Source: Candidatus Latescibacterota bacterium (GTDB lineage: Bacteria > Latescibacterota > UBA2968 > UBA8231). From it: 64,000 bases of DNA. The position numbers were made by a program, and so were the translations under genes. The notes under the pieces are model-generated. The model was given only the letters and a program-made list of their open reading frames with translations, did no database searches and was not told the DNA's origin. The stretch is taken from assembly GCA_965248265.1 (NCBI GenBank), contig CBDFJF010000002.1, positions 3,072,001 to 3,136,000 of the forward strand, written 5' to 3'. This document shows positions 1 to 9,318 of the stretch, piece after piece (within the stretch, counting starts at the first letter, position 1; the number at the start of each line of letters is the position of its first letter).

Positions 1-878
1 GGGTACCGAGGGTACACCGCGGACGAATTCGCCGGCGCCTGGGCATCTCGACCATGTCGTTGATGACCAACAGCGATCCGAACCTGGGCGTGGACGAGGA
101 CGCGCTGCGACGGGCGGTGCAAGCCGGGGCCCGGAAGATCGAGGCGTCGGCCGATTTTGGCCCCAGTCATTTTCCCTACCAGGACCTCGCGGCAATTAAG
201 GAGCTGGGCAAGTTTTACGACGGTCACGGTGCGGCGATTTACTCCGTCCACTCTCCTTTCGGGCGTGATCCACAAAAGTGGGACTTCGAGGACGTCAAAC
301 GCCTGATCGACGCGATGGCGCTCGTCGAGGCGAAAGTCCTCTTGCTGCACTTCGTCTTCACGGACAGGCGGGAGTGGCAGGCCTCGATGGCGATGATGCA
401 GAAGCTGGTCAACCTGAGCGCGCCTCATGATATCTGGCTGTCCGTCGAGACCGACACGGACATGTGGTTCGACGCGGGATTCGTCGATTGGTTCGAGTTC
501 CCCCGCGTCGGTATCTGTTGTGATACGGGGCACACCGGCGCCTATCACGGCGGATGGAACGTGCTCGAGAGCCCCTATAACGCCATCTACACGATGTCGA
601 CGGCGAACGGCAAGCTGAACCATCTGCACCTGTCGGACGTTTCGATCGAGCCGCTGGCCCGCCCGCACCGGACGATGACGCTGAAGCCGAGACTGGACCA
701 TTGGTCGCCCGGTCGCGGATGCAGCCATTGGGGGGCGATCATGCTTGCCGTCAAGGCGATGGACTATCCGGGTGTGTTTATGTTCGAGATCTGGACAGAG
801 GACGAGGAGCGCTTCGAGCGCCTGGCCGCGTTCCCCGAAAGGCTCGTGGCGGGCGAGCTGGGAAAGGTTGAGGTTTGA
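1..878 (+). CDS. Sugar phosphate isomerase/epimerase (AP endonuclease 2 TIM-barrel family), probably 5'-truncated by the window edge
   Basis: Frame is open from position 3 (…RRRLGISTMSLM). Metal-binding motifs are present: SVHSPF, VET, CDTGH, HLHLSD, DHWSPGRG, MFEI. Confidence 0.7.
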   Translation, partial: VPRVHRGRIRRRLGISTMSLMTNSDPNLGVDEDALRRAVQAGARKIEASADFGPSHFPYQDLAAIKELGKFYDGHGAAIYSVHSPFGRDPQKWDFEDVKRLIDAMALVEAKVLLLHFVFTDRREWQASMAMMQKLVNLSAPHDIWLSVETDTDMWFDAGFVDWFEFPRVGICCDTGHTGAYHGGWNVLESPYNAIYTMSTANGKLNHLHLSDVSIEPLARPHRTMTLKPRLDHWSPGRGCSHWGAIMLAVKAMDYPGVFMFEIWTEDEERFERLAAFPERLVAGELGKVEV

Positions 879-961
879 GACAGAGTCCCACGAAGACGCG
901 AACCCGCAACAGAGATTGACTACGTACTAGGCACAGGCGTTGACGCAACCCAAGCCAACTA

Positions 962-1053
962 AGGCAGAATGATTATGGGCAGAATAATTCTTCTCTTCTA
1001 AGCCTAATTCTAACTTCTAATTCTAATCATTTCTGTCCTTAATTATTCTGCCT
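962..1053. repeat. AT-rich ~92-bp MITE/REP-like imperfect inverted repeat
   Basis: Left arm AGGCAGAATGATTATGGGCAGAATAATT; reverse complement of the right arm AGGCAGAATAATTAAGGACAGAAATGATT. The spacer is made of TTCTAA-like units. Confidence 0.7.
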
Positions 1054-1069
1054 AAATCGAGATTCCCGC

Positions 1070-2638
1070 ATGACGCGCATCGCGGATCAGATCGGTATAC
1101 CCCTTCAGCCAACGGCCCAGCGATGGGGCGATGCCCGCGAACCCGGCGGGACCGGCCTGGCGTTGATCGTGGGTGATCAGAAGCAGCTTTTTCTGGACGA
1201 CGATTTTCTCGTCGAGTCTGCCGTTCACGTACGACGTCTCATGCATCAACCGCGGAAACATCCGGACAACCCACTGATCCGCGCCGAGAAGCCGTGGGAG
1301 CTGGGGCACTTCGGCATCAATGGCGGATCGGTGATGCTCGACGAGGGCGTCTTCCGCATGTGGTACCGAACGTCCTGGGACGCATCGTGTTCCGACGCGC
1401 CAATGGCCTATGCGACGTCAACCGACGGCATCCACTGGGACAAGCCCAGCCTCGGCAAGGTCGAGTTCGAGGGCTCGACCGACAACAACCTGATCCTGCC
1501 CGCCATCTTTCACGGGGATTGGGCGTGCCACGGCGCCAAAGTGATCAAGGACCCACCCGATCGGGAGCCAGACGCGGCCCGGCGCTACAAGATCATGATC
1601 TTCGCCGTCCGTCCGGGCTCGGGCAAGCCATTGCGGGAGATCGATCCTGCCGTCGACCCCGCGCGCTGGGGCTTCTTCGTCGCGTTCTCCCCCGACGGAC
1701 TGGACTGGACGCTACATCCCGAGCCGGTGATCCTTGATTACAAGAACCACTATGGCGGGTACAACTCGGTGTTCTTCGACTCGATGCTGGGAAGATACGT
1801 CGCCTATATGCAGCGCCGACCGGAGCTGCATTTCGAGGCACCGCGGTACCCGGTCAACCGAAGGTTCGTCTCACGCATGGAATCGCCGGATTTCATCCAC
1901 TGGACGGACCCGAATTACCGTGCCTTCGGTCCGGACGAACAAGACCCACCGGGCTGCGACGTGTTCGAGCCCGAGCCGTTTCAATACGAGCAAGCGGGGT
2001 ACGCCTACGTCAACATCGCCTTGTGGTTGGACCTCTATCGCGATCAGTGTCACACCCGTCTGGCGACGAGCCGGGACAACCTGATGTGGCACTGGGCCGG
2101 TGACCGCAAACCGTTCATTGACAATGGTCCACCCGGCAGTTGGGACGCCAAGATGATTCACCCGCCGTTCATGCCCGCGCTGGTCAAGGATGACGAGATC
2201 CTGATTTATTACAGTGCCAACGGCACGGCCGGCATGGCCGAGGGCAAGACGAGCCAGGTCGCGCGGCGGCGTGACGTGGGGCTGGCGACCCTGCGCCTGG
2301 ATGGGTTCATCTCCCTCGAAGCCGCCGTGACCTGGGGCCAGGTCACGACCTGGCCCATCATGTTCAAGGGCACGAGACTTTCATTGAACGTCAATGCCAA
2401 GCGCATTCTTGATCCCGCGACACGGGACTACGGTGTGCGCGTCGAGATCACCGACCCGATGAATCAGGTCCTGCCGGGCTATAGTTATCGCGATTGTGAT
2501 CCGATCCGGGAGGACAACGTGCGGTGCCCAGTGACGTGGAAAGGCAATCCGGACGTGGGACATCTGTCAGGTCAACCGATCAAGCTGCGGTTTTACATGT
2601 CGTTCGCCAGCCTCTACGCGTTTCGGTTTCACACGTGA
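1070..2638 (+). CDS. Putative glycoside hydrolase, five-bladed beta-propeller (GH32/43/130-like) with C-terminal beta-sandwich
   Basis: QLFLDD…KHPDNPLI…KPWE N-terminus, repeated S-x-D-G/F-I/L-x-W blades, and an RLDGF…LRF…LYAFRF C-terminus. Confidence 0.6.
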   Translation: MTRIADQIGIPLQPTAQRWGDAREPGGTGLALIVGDQKQLFLDDDFLVESAVHVRRLMHQPRKHPDNPLIRAEKPWELGHFGINGGSVMLDEGVFRMWYRTSWDASCSDAPMAYATSTDGIHWDKPSLGKVEFEGSTDNNLILPAIFHGDWACHGAKVIKDPPDREPDAARRYKIMIFAVRPGSGKPLREIDPAVDPARWGFFVAFSPDGLDWTLHPEPVILDYKNHYGGYNSVFFDSMLGRYVAYMQRRPELHFEAPRYPVNRRFVSRMESPDFIHWTDPNYRAFGPDEQDPPGCDVFEPEPFQYEQAGYAYVNIALWLDLYRDQCHTRLATSRDNLMWHWAGDRKPFIDNGPPGSWDAKMIHPPFMPALVKDDEILIYYSANGTAGMAEGKTSQVARRRDVGLATLRLDGFISLEAAVTWGQVTTWPIMFKGTRLSLNVNAKRILDPATRDYGVRVEITDPMNQVLPGYSYRDCDPIREDNVRCPVTWKGNPDVGHLSGQPIKLRFYMSFASLYAFRFHT

Positions 2639-2822
2639 TTAACGCTTTTTGAAATCAAAGTCCGTCATAGCCCGAAGATAATAGGGCCTGGCGAACTGAT
2701 CGACTTGCTCTTGCCACCGACCCCAAGTCTGGCGATTGCCGCAGCGGACCCCGATGCCGTACGAGTCCGGGAGGCGGCTCCAAAAGAAGGGTGGGCATGC
2801 GATCGGAATCGCCACACCCTTT

Positions 2823-4043
2823 CTAGTTTTCGGAACCTGCTTTCCCACCGTCGATGCGAGCAGCTTCGGGGAGTCTGCGCAGCAAGTACATGGCACCTAT
2901 CCCGAAAGCAGGACCGATTGCCAGAAAGGCAAAAGCCCAGCGCCACGAAACCCATTCAACAAGCTTGGGTATCAAGCGAATCGAACCGAGGGTCAGAAGA
3001 AAACCGATGCAGGTCTGCATGGTCAGGGTGGTACCAACGTAGTCAGGTTCTGAAAGTTCGGTCAGACTCGTCGAGTATTGCGCAGAGTCCGCGATAACGG
3101 CAAAGCCCCATACCAGACACAACACGATCAACGGCGCCGGCGAGTTTCCGAAAAGCAACCCAACCAGCAGGCAACAGCAGCCACTGATCAACAGGGAAGC
3201 GATCGTGATCGTGGTGCGGCCGAAGCGGTCGGCGAGGATGCCGCCGAGCACACATCCAATCCCACCGATTCCGATCGCCGCGAATCCCCAGACACTGGCC
3301 CAGTGCTCGGCCTGATCCATGCCGCTGGCGCGGAAGCTCTCCAGCAGGAACAACGGCAACCATGCCCACATGGCGTAGAGTTCCCATTGGTGGCCGAGGT
3401 AGCCGAAATTGGCCAATCGCACACTGCGGTTGCCGAAGGCGCGGGCCGCGAAGCGCCAATCGAAGCGAGCCCGGCCGGTATCGTAGGGACCGTCGCGGAC
3501 GAACAGCAGGCACAACACGGCAGCTGCCACGGCGCTGGCCGAGGCGGTGAGCATGAGCAGGCGCCAATCGGGGTGGCCGATGACTTTGATTAAATGGGGG
3601 GACGCCGAACCGACGGTGAGGGCGCCGACGATGACGCCGATGGCCATGCCCCGGCCCTCACGAAACCAGCCGGCCATGACCTTCATCGCCGGCGGATAAA
3701 CACCCGCCAGGAATAGTCCGGTCAGAAAGCGAAGCGCAATCGCGAAAGCAATGCTCTGCCCGAACCAGCCGATGGCGCCGTTGGCCGCGGCACCCAGCAG
3801 CGCGCAGACCGTGAACAGGTGGCGGGCGTTGAGTATGTCAGAAAGGTTGAGAAGGGCACTGATCAGGGTGCCGGCGACGAAGCCGATCTGCACCGACATC
3901 GTCAGCCAGGCCTGCTGGCCCGGGTCGAGGCCCCACTCTTCCGTCAGCGCGGGGACGACGGCGGTGGCTGAGAACCAGAGCGCCATCGCCAGCAGCTCCG
4001 CAACGGACAATACAAAGAGTACCCGCCACTTCGAGCCCTTCAC
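2823..4043 (-). CDS. MFS transporter
   Basis: About 12 hydrophobic helices and the motif GGILADRFGR. Confidence 0.85.
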   Translation of the reverse strand: MKGSKWRVLFVLSVAELLAMALWFSATAVVPALTEEWGLDPGQQAWLTMSVQIGFVAGTLISALLNLSDILNARHLFTVCALLGAAANGAIGWFGQSIAFAIALRFLTGLFLAGVYPPAMKVMAGWFREGRGMAIGVIVGALTVGSASPHLIKVIGHPDWRLLMLTASASAVAAAVLCLLFVRDGPYDTGRARFDWRFAARAFGNRSVRLANFGYLGHQWELYAMWAWLPLFLLESFRASGMDQAEHWASVWGFAAIGIGGIGCVLGGILADRFGRTTITIASLLISGCCCLLVGLLFGNSPAPLIVLCLVWGFAVIADSAQYSTSLTELSEPDYVGTTLTMQTCIGFLLTLGSIRLIPKLVEWVSWRWAFAFLAIGPAFGIGAMYLLRRLPEAARIDGGKAGSEN

Positions 4044-4073
4044 GGCGGTGCGCCGGCGGGTGAACTCACCGCC

Positions 4074-5651
4074 TTAAGAACCAGCGTCCAGGCAGCGGCG
4101 TACGGCCTGCAACAGTTGAGTGGTGTTGAAGGGTTTGAGCAGCACCTCGCTCGCACCCTGGGCGAAGGAATGGGTCAATGGATGACCGGAGACTAGAAGT
4201 ACTTTGGCGTCGACATCGATGTTGATGAGCTCGTTGAGTACTTCCTGGTTGGAAATGCCCGGCTGCGAAAGTCCCAATACAACGAGGCTTATCTTGTCAT
4301 GTGTGTGGCGAAAAATCTCCATGCCATCACGTGCATCCCTGCCCAGGTGGACGTCGTAGCCGTTGTGTTCCAGCATCAGGTCCAGAATTTTCCTGAGGCG
4401 GTCGACATCAGCGATGACGAGGATGCTCTCTTTTCCACCCAGCGCCGCCAGGTTGACTTCGGTGGCCGGGGTGACTTCCTGTGTCACGTCGTCGATGTCG
4501 CCATTGCTGCCGACGAGGCTTTTTTCGGATGGGAGGTAGACGGAGAGTTCGGTGCCCTTGCCCTGCTCACTCGAGCAGTCGATCCAGCCGCCGTGATCCC
4601 TGACGATGCCGTAGGCGACGGAGAGGCCCAACCCTGCGGGCACGGAGGACTGTTTGGTCGTGAAGAACGGCTCGAACATGCGTTCTTTCGTGCCCTCATC
4701 CATGCCGATGCCATCGTCGCTGATGCGCACGCAGGCGTACTGGCCGGCGATCACCTCGGGTGGACCAACGTCATCCTCGGCCGAAAAGTTCACTGACTCC
4801 GAGCGGATACGTATGACGCGATCGGTGATATCGGCGCGTTGTATCAGCGCTTCTTTGGCATTGGTGCAGATGTTGATGATGCACTGTCTCAGTTGGTGTT
4901 GTTCACCCAATACAGATGGCAGCGACTCCGTCTCGTCGACGGCGATTTCGATGTCGGGTGGAAAGGTCTGGCGACACAGCACCACGGCCTCATTCACCAC
5001 ATCCTTGACGTCGATACGAGCGTGAGAGCCCTGTTCATTGCGGTAGAACAGCATGAGCTGCTGCAGTAGTTTGCCGGCACGCTCGGCGTCGAAGGCAGCA
5101 TCTTCGAGAAAGGGTATCAACTCGTCGGTGGCCTTCAACGCAGCCAGATCCAGGTTGCCGATCACACCCTGCAGCATGTTGTTGAAGTTGTGCGCCAGGC
5201 CTGCCGTCAACTGGCCGATGGCCTCCATCTTCGACGACTGTCGCAGACGCTCTTCGAGTCGCGCCTTTTCTTTTTCTACCTCGTGCTTGTGCAGGGCGAT
5301 CTCTACGGTCGTGTACAGATCGCGTTCTTCGAACGGTTTGAGCAGGTAGCCCATAGGTTGGGCTACCTTGGCGCGTTCGAGGGTGGCTTCATCCGAATAG
5401 GCGGTAAGGTAGACGATGGGGATCTGCAATTCGCGGGTGATTTGTTCGGCTGCCGCAACACCGTCGATGTCGCCCTCCAACTGAATGTCCATCAATACCA
5501 GATCCGGACGGAGGGATGCCGCCGATTCTACAGCGCTGGCGGCTGAAGAGACGATCTTGAGTACCTCGTACCCCATGGTACGGAGCTTACTCTGGATATC
5601 GAGAGCGACAATTCCCTCATCCTCGACAACCATGATGCGCGCGTCAGTCAC
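4074..5651 (-). CDS. Cytoplasmic hybrid histidine kinase (REC-HisKA-HATPase-pseudoREC)
   Basis: N-terminal receiver (VVEDE, LMDIQL, KPF), H-box GLAHNFNN, N/G boxes (NICTNA, DDGIGM, PFFTTK, GLGL) and a C-terminal receiver-like domain. GTG start with GGAG RBS. Confidence 0.9.
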   Translation of the reverse strand: MTDARIMVVEDEGIVALDIQSKLRTMGYEVLKIVSSAASAVESAASLRPDLVLMDIQLEGDIDGVAAAEQITRELQIPIVYLTAYSDEATLERAKVAQPMGYLLKPFEERDLYTTVEIALHKHEVEKEKARLEERLRQSSKMEAIGQLTAGLAHNFNNMLQGVIGNLDLAALKATDELIPFLEDAAFDAERAGKLLQQLMLFYRNEQGSHARIDVKDVVNEAVVLCRQTFPPDIEIAVDETESLPSVLGEQHQLRQCIINICTNAKEALIQRADITDRVIRIRSESVNFSAEDDVGPPEVIAGQYACVRISDDGIGMDEGTKERMFEPFFTTKQSSVPAGLGLSVAYGIVRDHGGWIDCSSEQGKGTELSVYLPSEKSLVGSNGDIDDVTQEVTPATEVNLAALGGKESILVIADVDRLRKILDLMLEHNGYDVHLGRDARDGMEIFRHTHDKISLVVLGLSQPGISNQEVLNELINIDVDAKVLLVSGHPLTHSFAQGASEVLLKPFNTTQLLQAVRRCLDAGS

Positions 5652-5737
5652 CTATTCTCCGTCTTCTGGGGATCAGCACTGAATGCAACAGGTACAAATG
5701 TATTGGGAGGCAAAGCCTGGCGCCACCGGATCGTCTC

Positions 5738-6666
5738 ATGGCGAGCGGTATATGTGGCTCCGATCTTCACGTGTATCACGACACCATCAACTTTCCGATT
5801 CGTGCACCCGTGGTGATGGGTCACGAGTTCAGCGGCGTCGTCGTGGACAAGGGGCCTGGAGTTGGTGACGAGGTCGCGATCGGGGACCGCGTGACCGGTG
5901 AGCCGACGATGACGAAGTGCGGTCATTGTGACTACTGCCGCAGCGAGCACTACAACATGTGCCCGGACCGCAACGTGCTGGGATACTGGTTCGATGGCAG
6001 CTTCGCACCGTTCTGCAATGCGGCACGGATCCATCGCTTACCCCCTAGTGTCGGCTTCGAAGCTGGAGCCATGACCGAGTTGCTGGCCTGTGCGTTCATT
6101 CTCTTCTGGATCAGACTGGAGTCCGAGCCGGCGACCACGTCGCCATCACGGGACCAGGCCCGGTCGGACTGATGGCGGCGATGGTGGTGAAGGCAGCCGG
6201 CGGTACGGTCATCCTGTATGGACGCAGTGCGGACAGCAAGCGAATGGAGTTGGCGCAGACCGTGGGTGTCGACGTTGTCGTCGATGTGGAGAAAGAGGAT
6301 CCGCTCAAGCGTATCCACGACCTCACTGATGGCTACGGTGCGGACCTCGTCGTGGAATGCGCGGGGTCGGCGGCTGCCATCGACACGGCCCTGGACATCG
6401 TGCGCCGCCGCGGCCGCTACCTGCAGATGGGTCTGCCCGGCGCGAAGGTGAGCATCGATTTCGAGAAAGTGGCCTACAAGGAACTCGAGGTCACCGGCGG
6501 CCTCGGTCAGCGCCGCCCCGCGTGGCTCCGTGCCCTCGCCCTGATGGAATCCGGCTCCGTGCGCCCGGAAAAACTGATCTCACACGAGCTTCCCCTCAGT
6601 GACTGGCAACACGGCTTTGATCTGCTGGAGCGCCAGGAGGGAATCAAGGTCCTGCTGCGCCCGTAG
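5738..6666 (+). pseudogene. Zn-dependent alcohol/threonine-type dehydrogenase, frameshifted at ~6090 and lacking its N-terminus
   Basis: GICGSD, GHE and C-x2-C-x2-C-x7-C lie in one frame. After a 1-nt loss at 6089-6091 the frame continues CVHSLLDQTGVRAGDHVAITGPGPVGLM into ORF 6172..6666. Confidence 0.75.
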
Positions 6667-6780
6667 TTCGCCGTCAGGTTTGGCCCGAACCTGCTCCGCG
6701 CACTTGATCGCCAGAGCCGGTGTTGGCTGAATAGGTTCGGCAGTAGCTGGCTACGAGTGATTTCGACAGGTACGTGAACG

Positions 6781-6827
6781 AAAAGAGATGGCGGGAGTCA
6801 CCAAGCCTCAGTGACCCCCGCCGTTTA
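6781..6827. terminator. Probable bidirectional intrinsic terminator between the dehydrogenase pseudogene and dnaK
   Basis: Stem ATGGCGGGAGTCAC / GTGACCCCCGCCGT flanked by AAAAGAG and TTT. Confidence 0.7.
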
Positions 6828-6941
6828 TGTGTGAATTGAGGTTTCGCCCTAGCCTTCGCGGTTTCACGAATGATTCCGACACAAGATCCAGAAGCGCTCT
6901 AAAACTGGTGCGTCCCCAGGGGTACAGCAGCTACCCTGCTT

Positions 6942-8930
6942 TTAACGCTTAACCCCACCTGTGTCGGAATCATCAACGACCTCAAAATCTGCATCCACCA
7001 CATTGTTGTCTTTTGCGTCATTGCCGTTCGGGCTCTCATCGGGCGCGTGCGGAGGCCCCTCTTGGGGCGCCCCCTCAGGCCCCTGCCCCTCTGGTGGCTG
7101 TTGCTGGTACATGATCTCGGCCAGCTTGTGAGAGGCCGTCTTGAGCTGCTCCAGGCCGGCGTCCAGGGCCGCCTCATCGAAATTCCCTTCGCCTGATTCG
7201 CCGTCAGACGCCCCCGCCAATACCTGCTTGATCTGCTCCAGGGCGGCCTCCACCGGCTGGCGGTCACCCTCTTCCAGCTTGTCACCCAGCTCCGTGAGGG
7301 TCTTCTCCGTCTGATACACCAGCTGATCGGCTTCGTTGCGCTTGTCGACCCGAGCCCGACGACGCTGATCCTCCTCGGCGTGCTGCTCGGCGTCCTTCTG
7401 CATCTGATCCACTTCCTCACTGCTCAGACCCGAAGAAGACTCAATGCGGATCGACTGCTCCTTGTCCGTGCCCTTGTCCTGCGCCGACACGTTCAAGATG
7501 CCGTTGGCGTCGATGTCGAAGGTCACCTCGATCTGGGGCGTGCCCCGAGGCGCCGCCGGAATGCCGTCCAGGTGAAACCGACCCAACGAGCGGTTGTCCC
7601 GGGCAAACTCGCGCTCCCCCTGCAGCACATGCACCTCCACCGAGGGCTGGGAGTCGGCGGCCGTCGAAAAGATCTGGCTCTTTTTAGTTGGAATCGTGGT
7701 GTTGCGCTCGATCAGCTTCGTCATCACCCCGCCCATGGTCTCGATGCCCAACGACAGCGGCGTTACATCCAATAGCAGCACATCGTCGACCTCACCCGAG
7801 AGCACCCCCGCCTGGATCGCCGCCCCCATGGCCACCACCTCGTCCGGATTCACCCCCTTGTGCGGCTCCCTCTCAAACAGCTCCTTCACCAGCGCCTGCA
7901 CCTTGGGCATGCGGGTAGAGCCCCCCACCAGGATCACCTCACCGATCTCGGAGGCCGACAGCCCCGCGTCCTTGATGGCCTGCTGGCAGGGACGCCGCGA
8001 GCGCTCCACCAGATCGTCCACCAGTTGCTCAAACTTGGCCCGCGTCAGGCTCATCTGCACATGCTTGGGACCCGTCTGGTCCGCCGTGATAAAGGGCAGG
8101 TTGATCTCCGTCTGGGAGGCCGACGACAACTCGCACTTGGCTTTTTCGGCCGCTTCCTTCAACCGCTGCAGGGCCATCGCGTCACTGCGCAGATCGATGC
8201 CCTCGGATCCCTTGAATTCATCCGCGATCCAGTCGATGACCCGCTGGTCGAAGTCGTCGCCGCCAAGGTGGGTGTCCCCATTCGTCGACTTGACCTCGAA
8301 AACGCCGTCGCCCAATTCAAGGATCGACACGTCGAAGGTGCCACCACCCAGATCATACACCGCGATCTTTTCAGAGTGACCCGCACCCTTGTCCAAGCCG
8401 TAGGCCAGGGCGGCGGCCGTCGGCTCGTTGACGATCCGCAACACCTCCAGACCCGCGATCGTGCCCGCGTCCTTCGTCGCCTGACGCTGGGAGTCGTTGA
8501 AGTAGGCCGGCACCGTCACCACTGCCTGCGTCACCGGCTCTCCCAAATAGTCCTCGGCCGTCTGCTTCATCTTCTGCAGAATCATCGCAGAAAGCTCTGG
8601 CGGGGTGTACTCCTTGCCGTCAATCTCGACCACGGCCTGGTCCCGAGACCCTTTGGAGACCGCGTAGGGGACCTCCGTCAACTCCTGGGCCACCTCATCG
8701 TGACGCCGACCCATGAAGCGCTTGATCGAGAATACCGTGTTGTGAGGATTCGTCACCGCCTGGCGCTTGGCCGTCTGGCCCACCAGACGCTCGTCATCCT
8801 TGGAAAAACCCACGATCGAGGGGGTCGTGCGGCCGCCTTCCGAATTCGTGATCACCTCCGGCTCCTTGCCCTCCATCACCGCCACGCAAGAATTCGTCGT
8901 GCCAAGATCTATGCCGATTACCTTTGCCAT
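6942..8930 (-). CDS. dnaK: Chaperone DnaK (Hsp70)
   Basis: [38 protein letters not shown], linker DVLLLDV and C-terminal VVDADFE. Confidence 0.99.
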   Translation of the reverse strand: MAKVIGIDLGTTNSCVAVMEGKEPEVITNSEGGRTTPSIVGFSKDDERLVGQTAKRQAVTNPHNTVFSIKRFMGRRHDEVAQELTEVPYAVSKGSRDQAVVEIDGKEYTPPELSAMILQKMKQTAEDYLGEPVTQAVVTVPAYFNDSQRQATKDAGTIAGLEVLRIVNEPTAAALAYGLDKGAGHSEKIAVYDLGGGTFDVSILELGDGVFEVKSTNGDTHLGGDDFDQRVIDWIADEFKGSEGIDLRSDAMALQRLKEAAEKAKCELSSASQTEINLPFITADQTGPKHVQMSLTRAKFEQLVDDLVERSRRPCQQAIKDAGLSASEIGEVILVGGSTRMPKVQALVKELFEREPHKGVNPDEVVAMGAAIQAGVLSGEVDDVLLLDVTPLSLGIETMGGVMTKLIERNTTIPTKKSQIFSTAADSQPSVEVHVLQGEREFARDNRSLGRFHLDGIPAAPRGTPQIEVTFDIDANGILNVSAQDKGTDKEQSIRIESSSGLSSEEVDQMQKDAEQHAEEDQRRRARVDKRNEADQLVYQTEKTLTELGDKLEEGDRQPVEAALEQIKQVLAGASDGESGEGNFDEAALDAGLEQLKTASHKLAEIMYQQQPPEGQGPEGAPQEGPPHAPDESPNGNDAKDNNVVDADFEVVDDSDTGGVKR

Positions 8931-8997
8931 TGGGAACCTTCCTGATCGTATCGATCAATTGTATGTTGATTAATCCAGTTCTGTCTCCCAATCATTT

Positions 8998-9013
8998 AGC
9001 AAGGCCTGTACCA
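8998..9013 (-). promoter_or_regulatory. Sigma54 (-24/-12) promoter of dnaK
   Basis: Minus strand reads TGGTACAGGCCTTGCT against consensus TGGCAC-N5-TTGCW: one mismatch, correct GG-N10-GC spacing. Confidence 0.7.
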
Positions 9014-9031
9014 GATCGGAACTATGTAATT

Positions 9032-9137
9032 TAATATGTTGTTAATAAATGTGTTACGGTCATAGATCCAATTAAGGAGCGTCTAATCTTAGTATCGAAC
9101 TGATGCCAATATGACCACGATGAGTGCCATATAGGCA
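9032..9137 (-). promoter_or_regulatory. IHF-like site plus two candidate enhancer-binding (UAS) dyads upstream of dnaK
   Basis: TAACAACATATTA (minus, 9032-9044) against WATCAANNNNTTR, inside an AT tract. TGCCAATATGACC (9104) and TGCCATATAGGCA (9125) are 21 bp apart. Confidence 0.5.
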
Positions 9138-9200
9138 TTAAACCGGCAAGTGAAGCGTCAGAAACGGCTGGATGAACACACCGCACCGGGGACTCACTCG

Positions 9201-9230
9201 TTGACAGTGTTTTCCGGCACCGGTTAGTTT
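9201..9230 (+). promoter_or_regulatory. Sigma70-like promoter of uvrB
   Basis: TTGACA-N18-TAGTTT. Confidence 0.45.
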
Positions 9231-9318
9231 GGTGCGAGGGAATCACTCTTCAACAGGCGATTCCCCAAGTCCATCCGCGGCCAAGGCCTCACGAACCCTA
9301 TCAAAAAGCAGCCTCGAC

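Noticed and set aside
6075-6110. Programmed ribosomal frameshift in the Zn-dehydrogenase
   Set aside because: There is no slippery heptamer, and the gene is also 5'-truncated, so mutation or sequencing error is simpler.
6828-6941. Possible sRNA in the dnaK 3' region
   Set aside because: Only weak hairpins precede the terminator; there is no promoter or recognisable motif.
7380-8945. Long plus-strand ORFs (up to 361 aa) opposite dnaK
   Set aside because: These are antisense shadow frames typical of GC-rich hsp70 genes, with no RBS or independent motifs.
9104-9130. CIRCE (HrcA) operator upstream of dnaK
   Set aside because: Only one half matches (ATGGCACTC on the minus strand). The arm 9 nt away (ATATTGGCA) does not match GAGTGCTAA.
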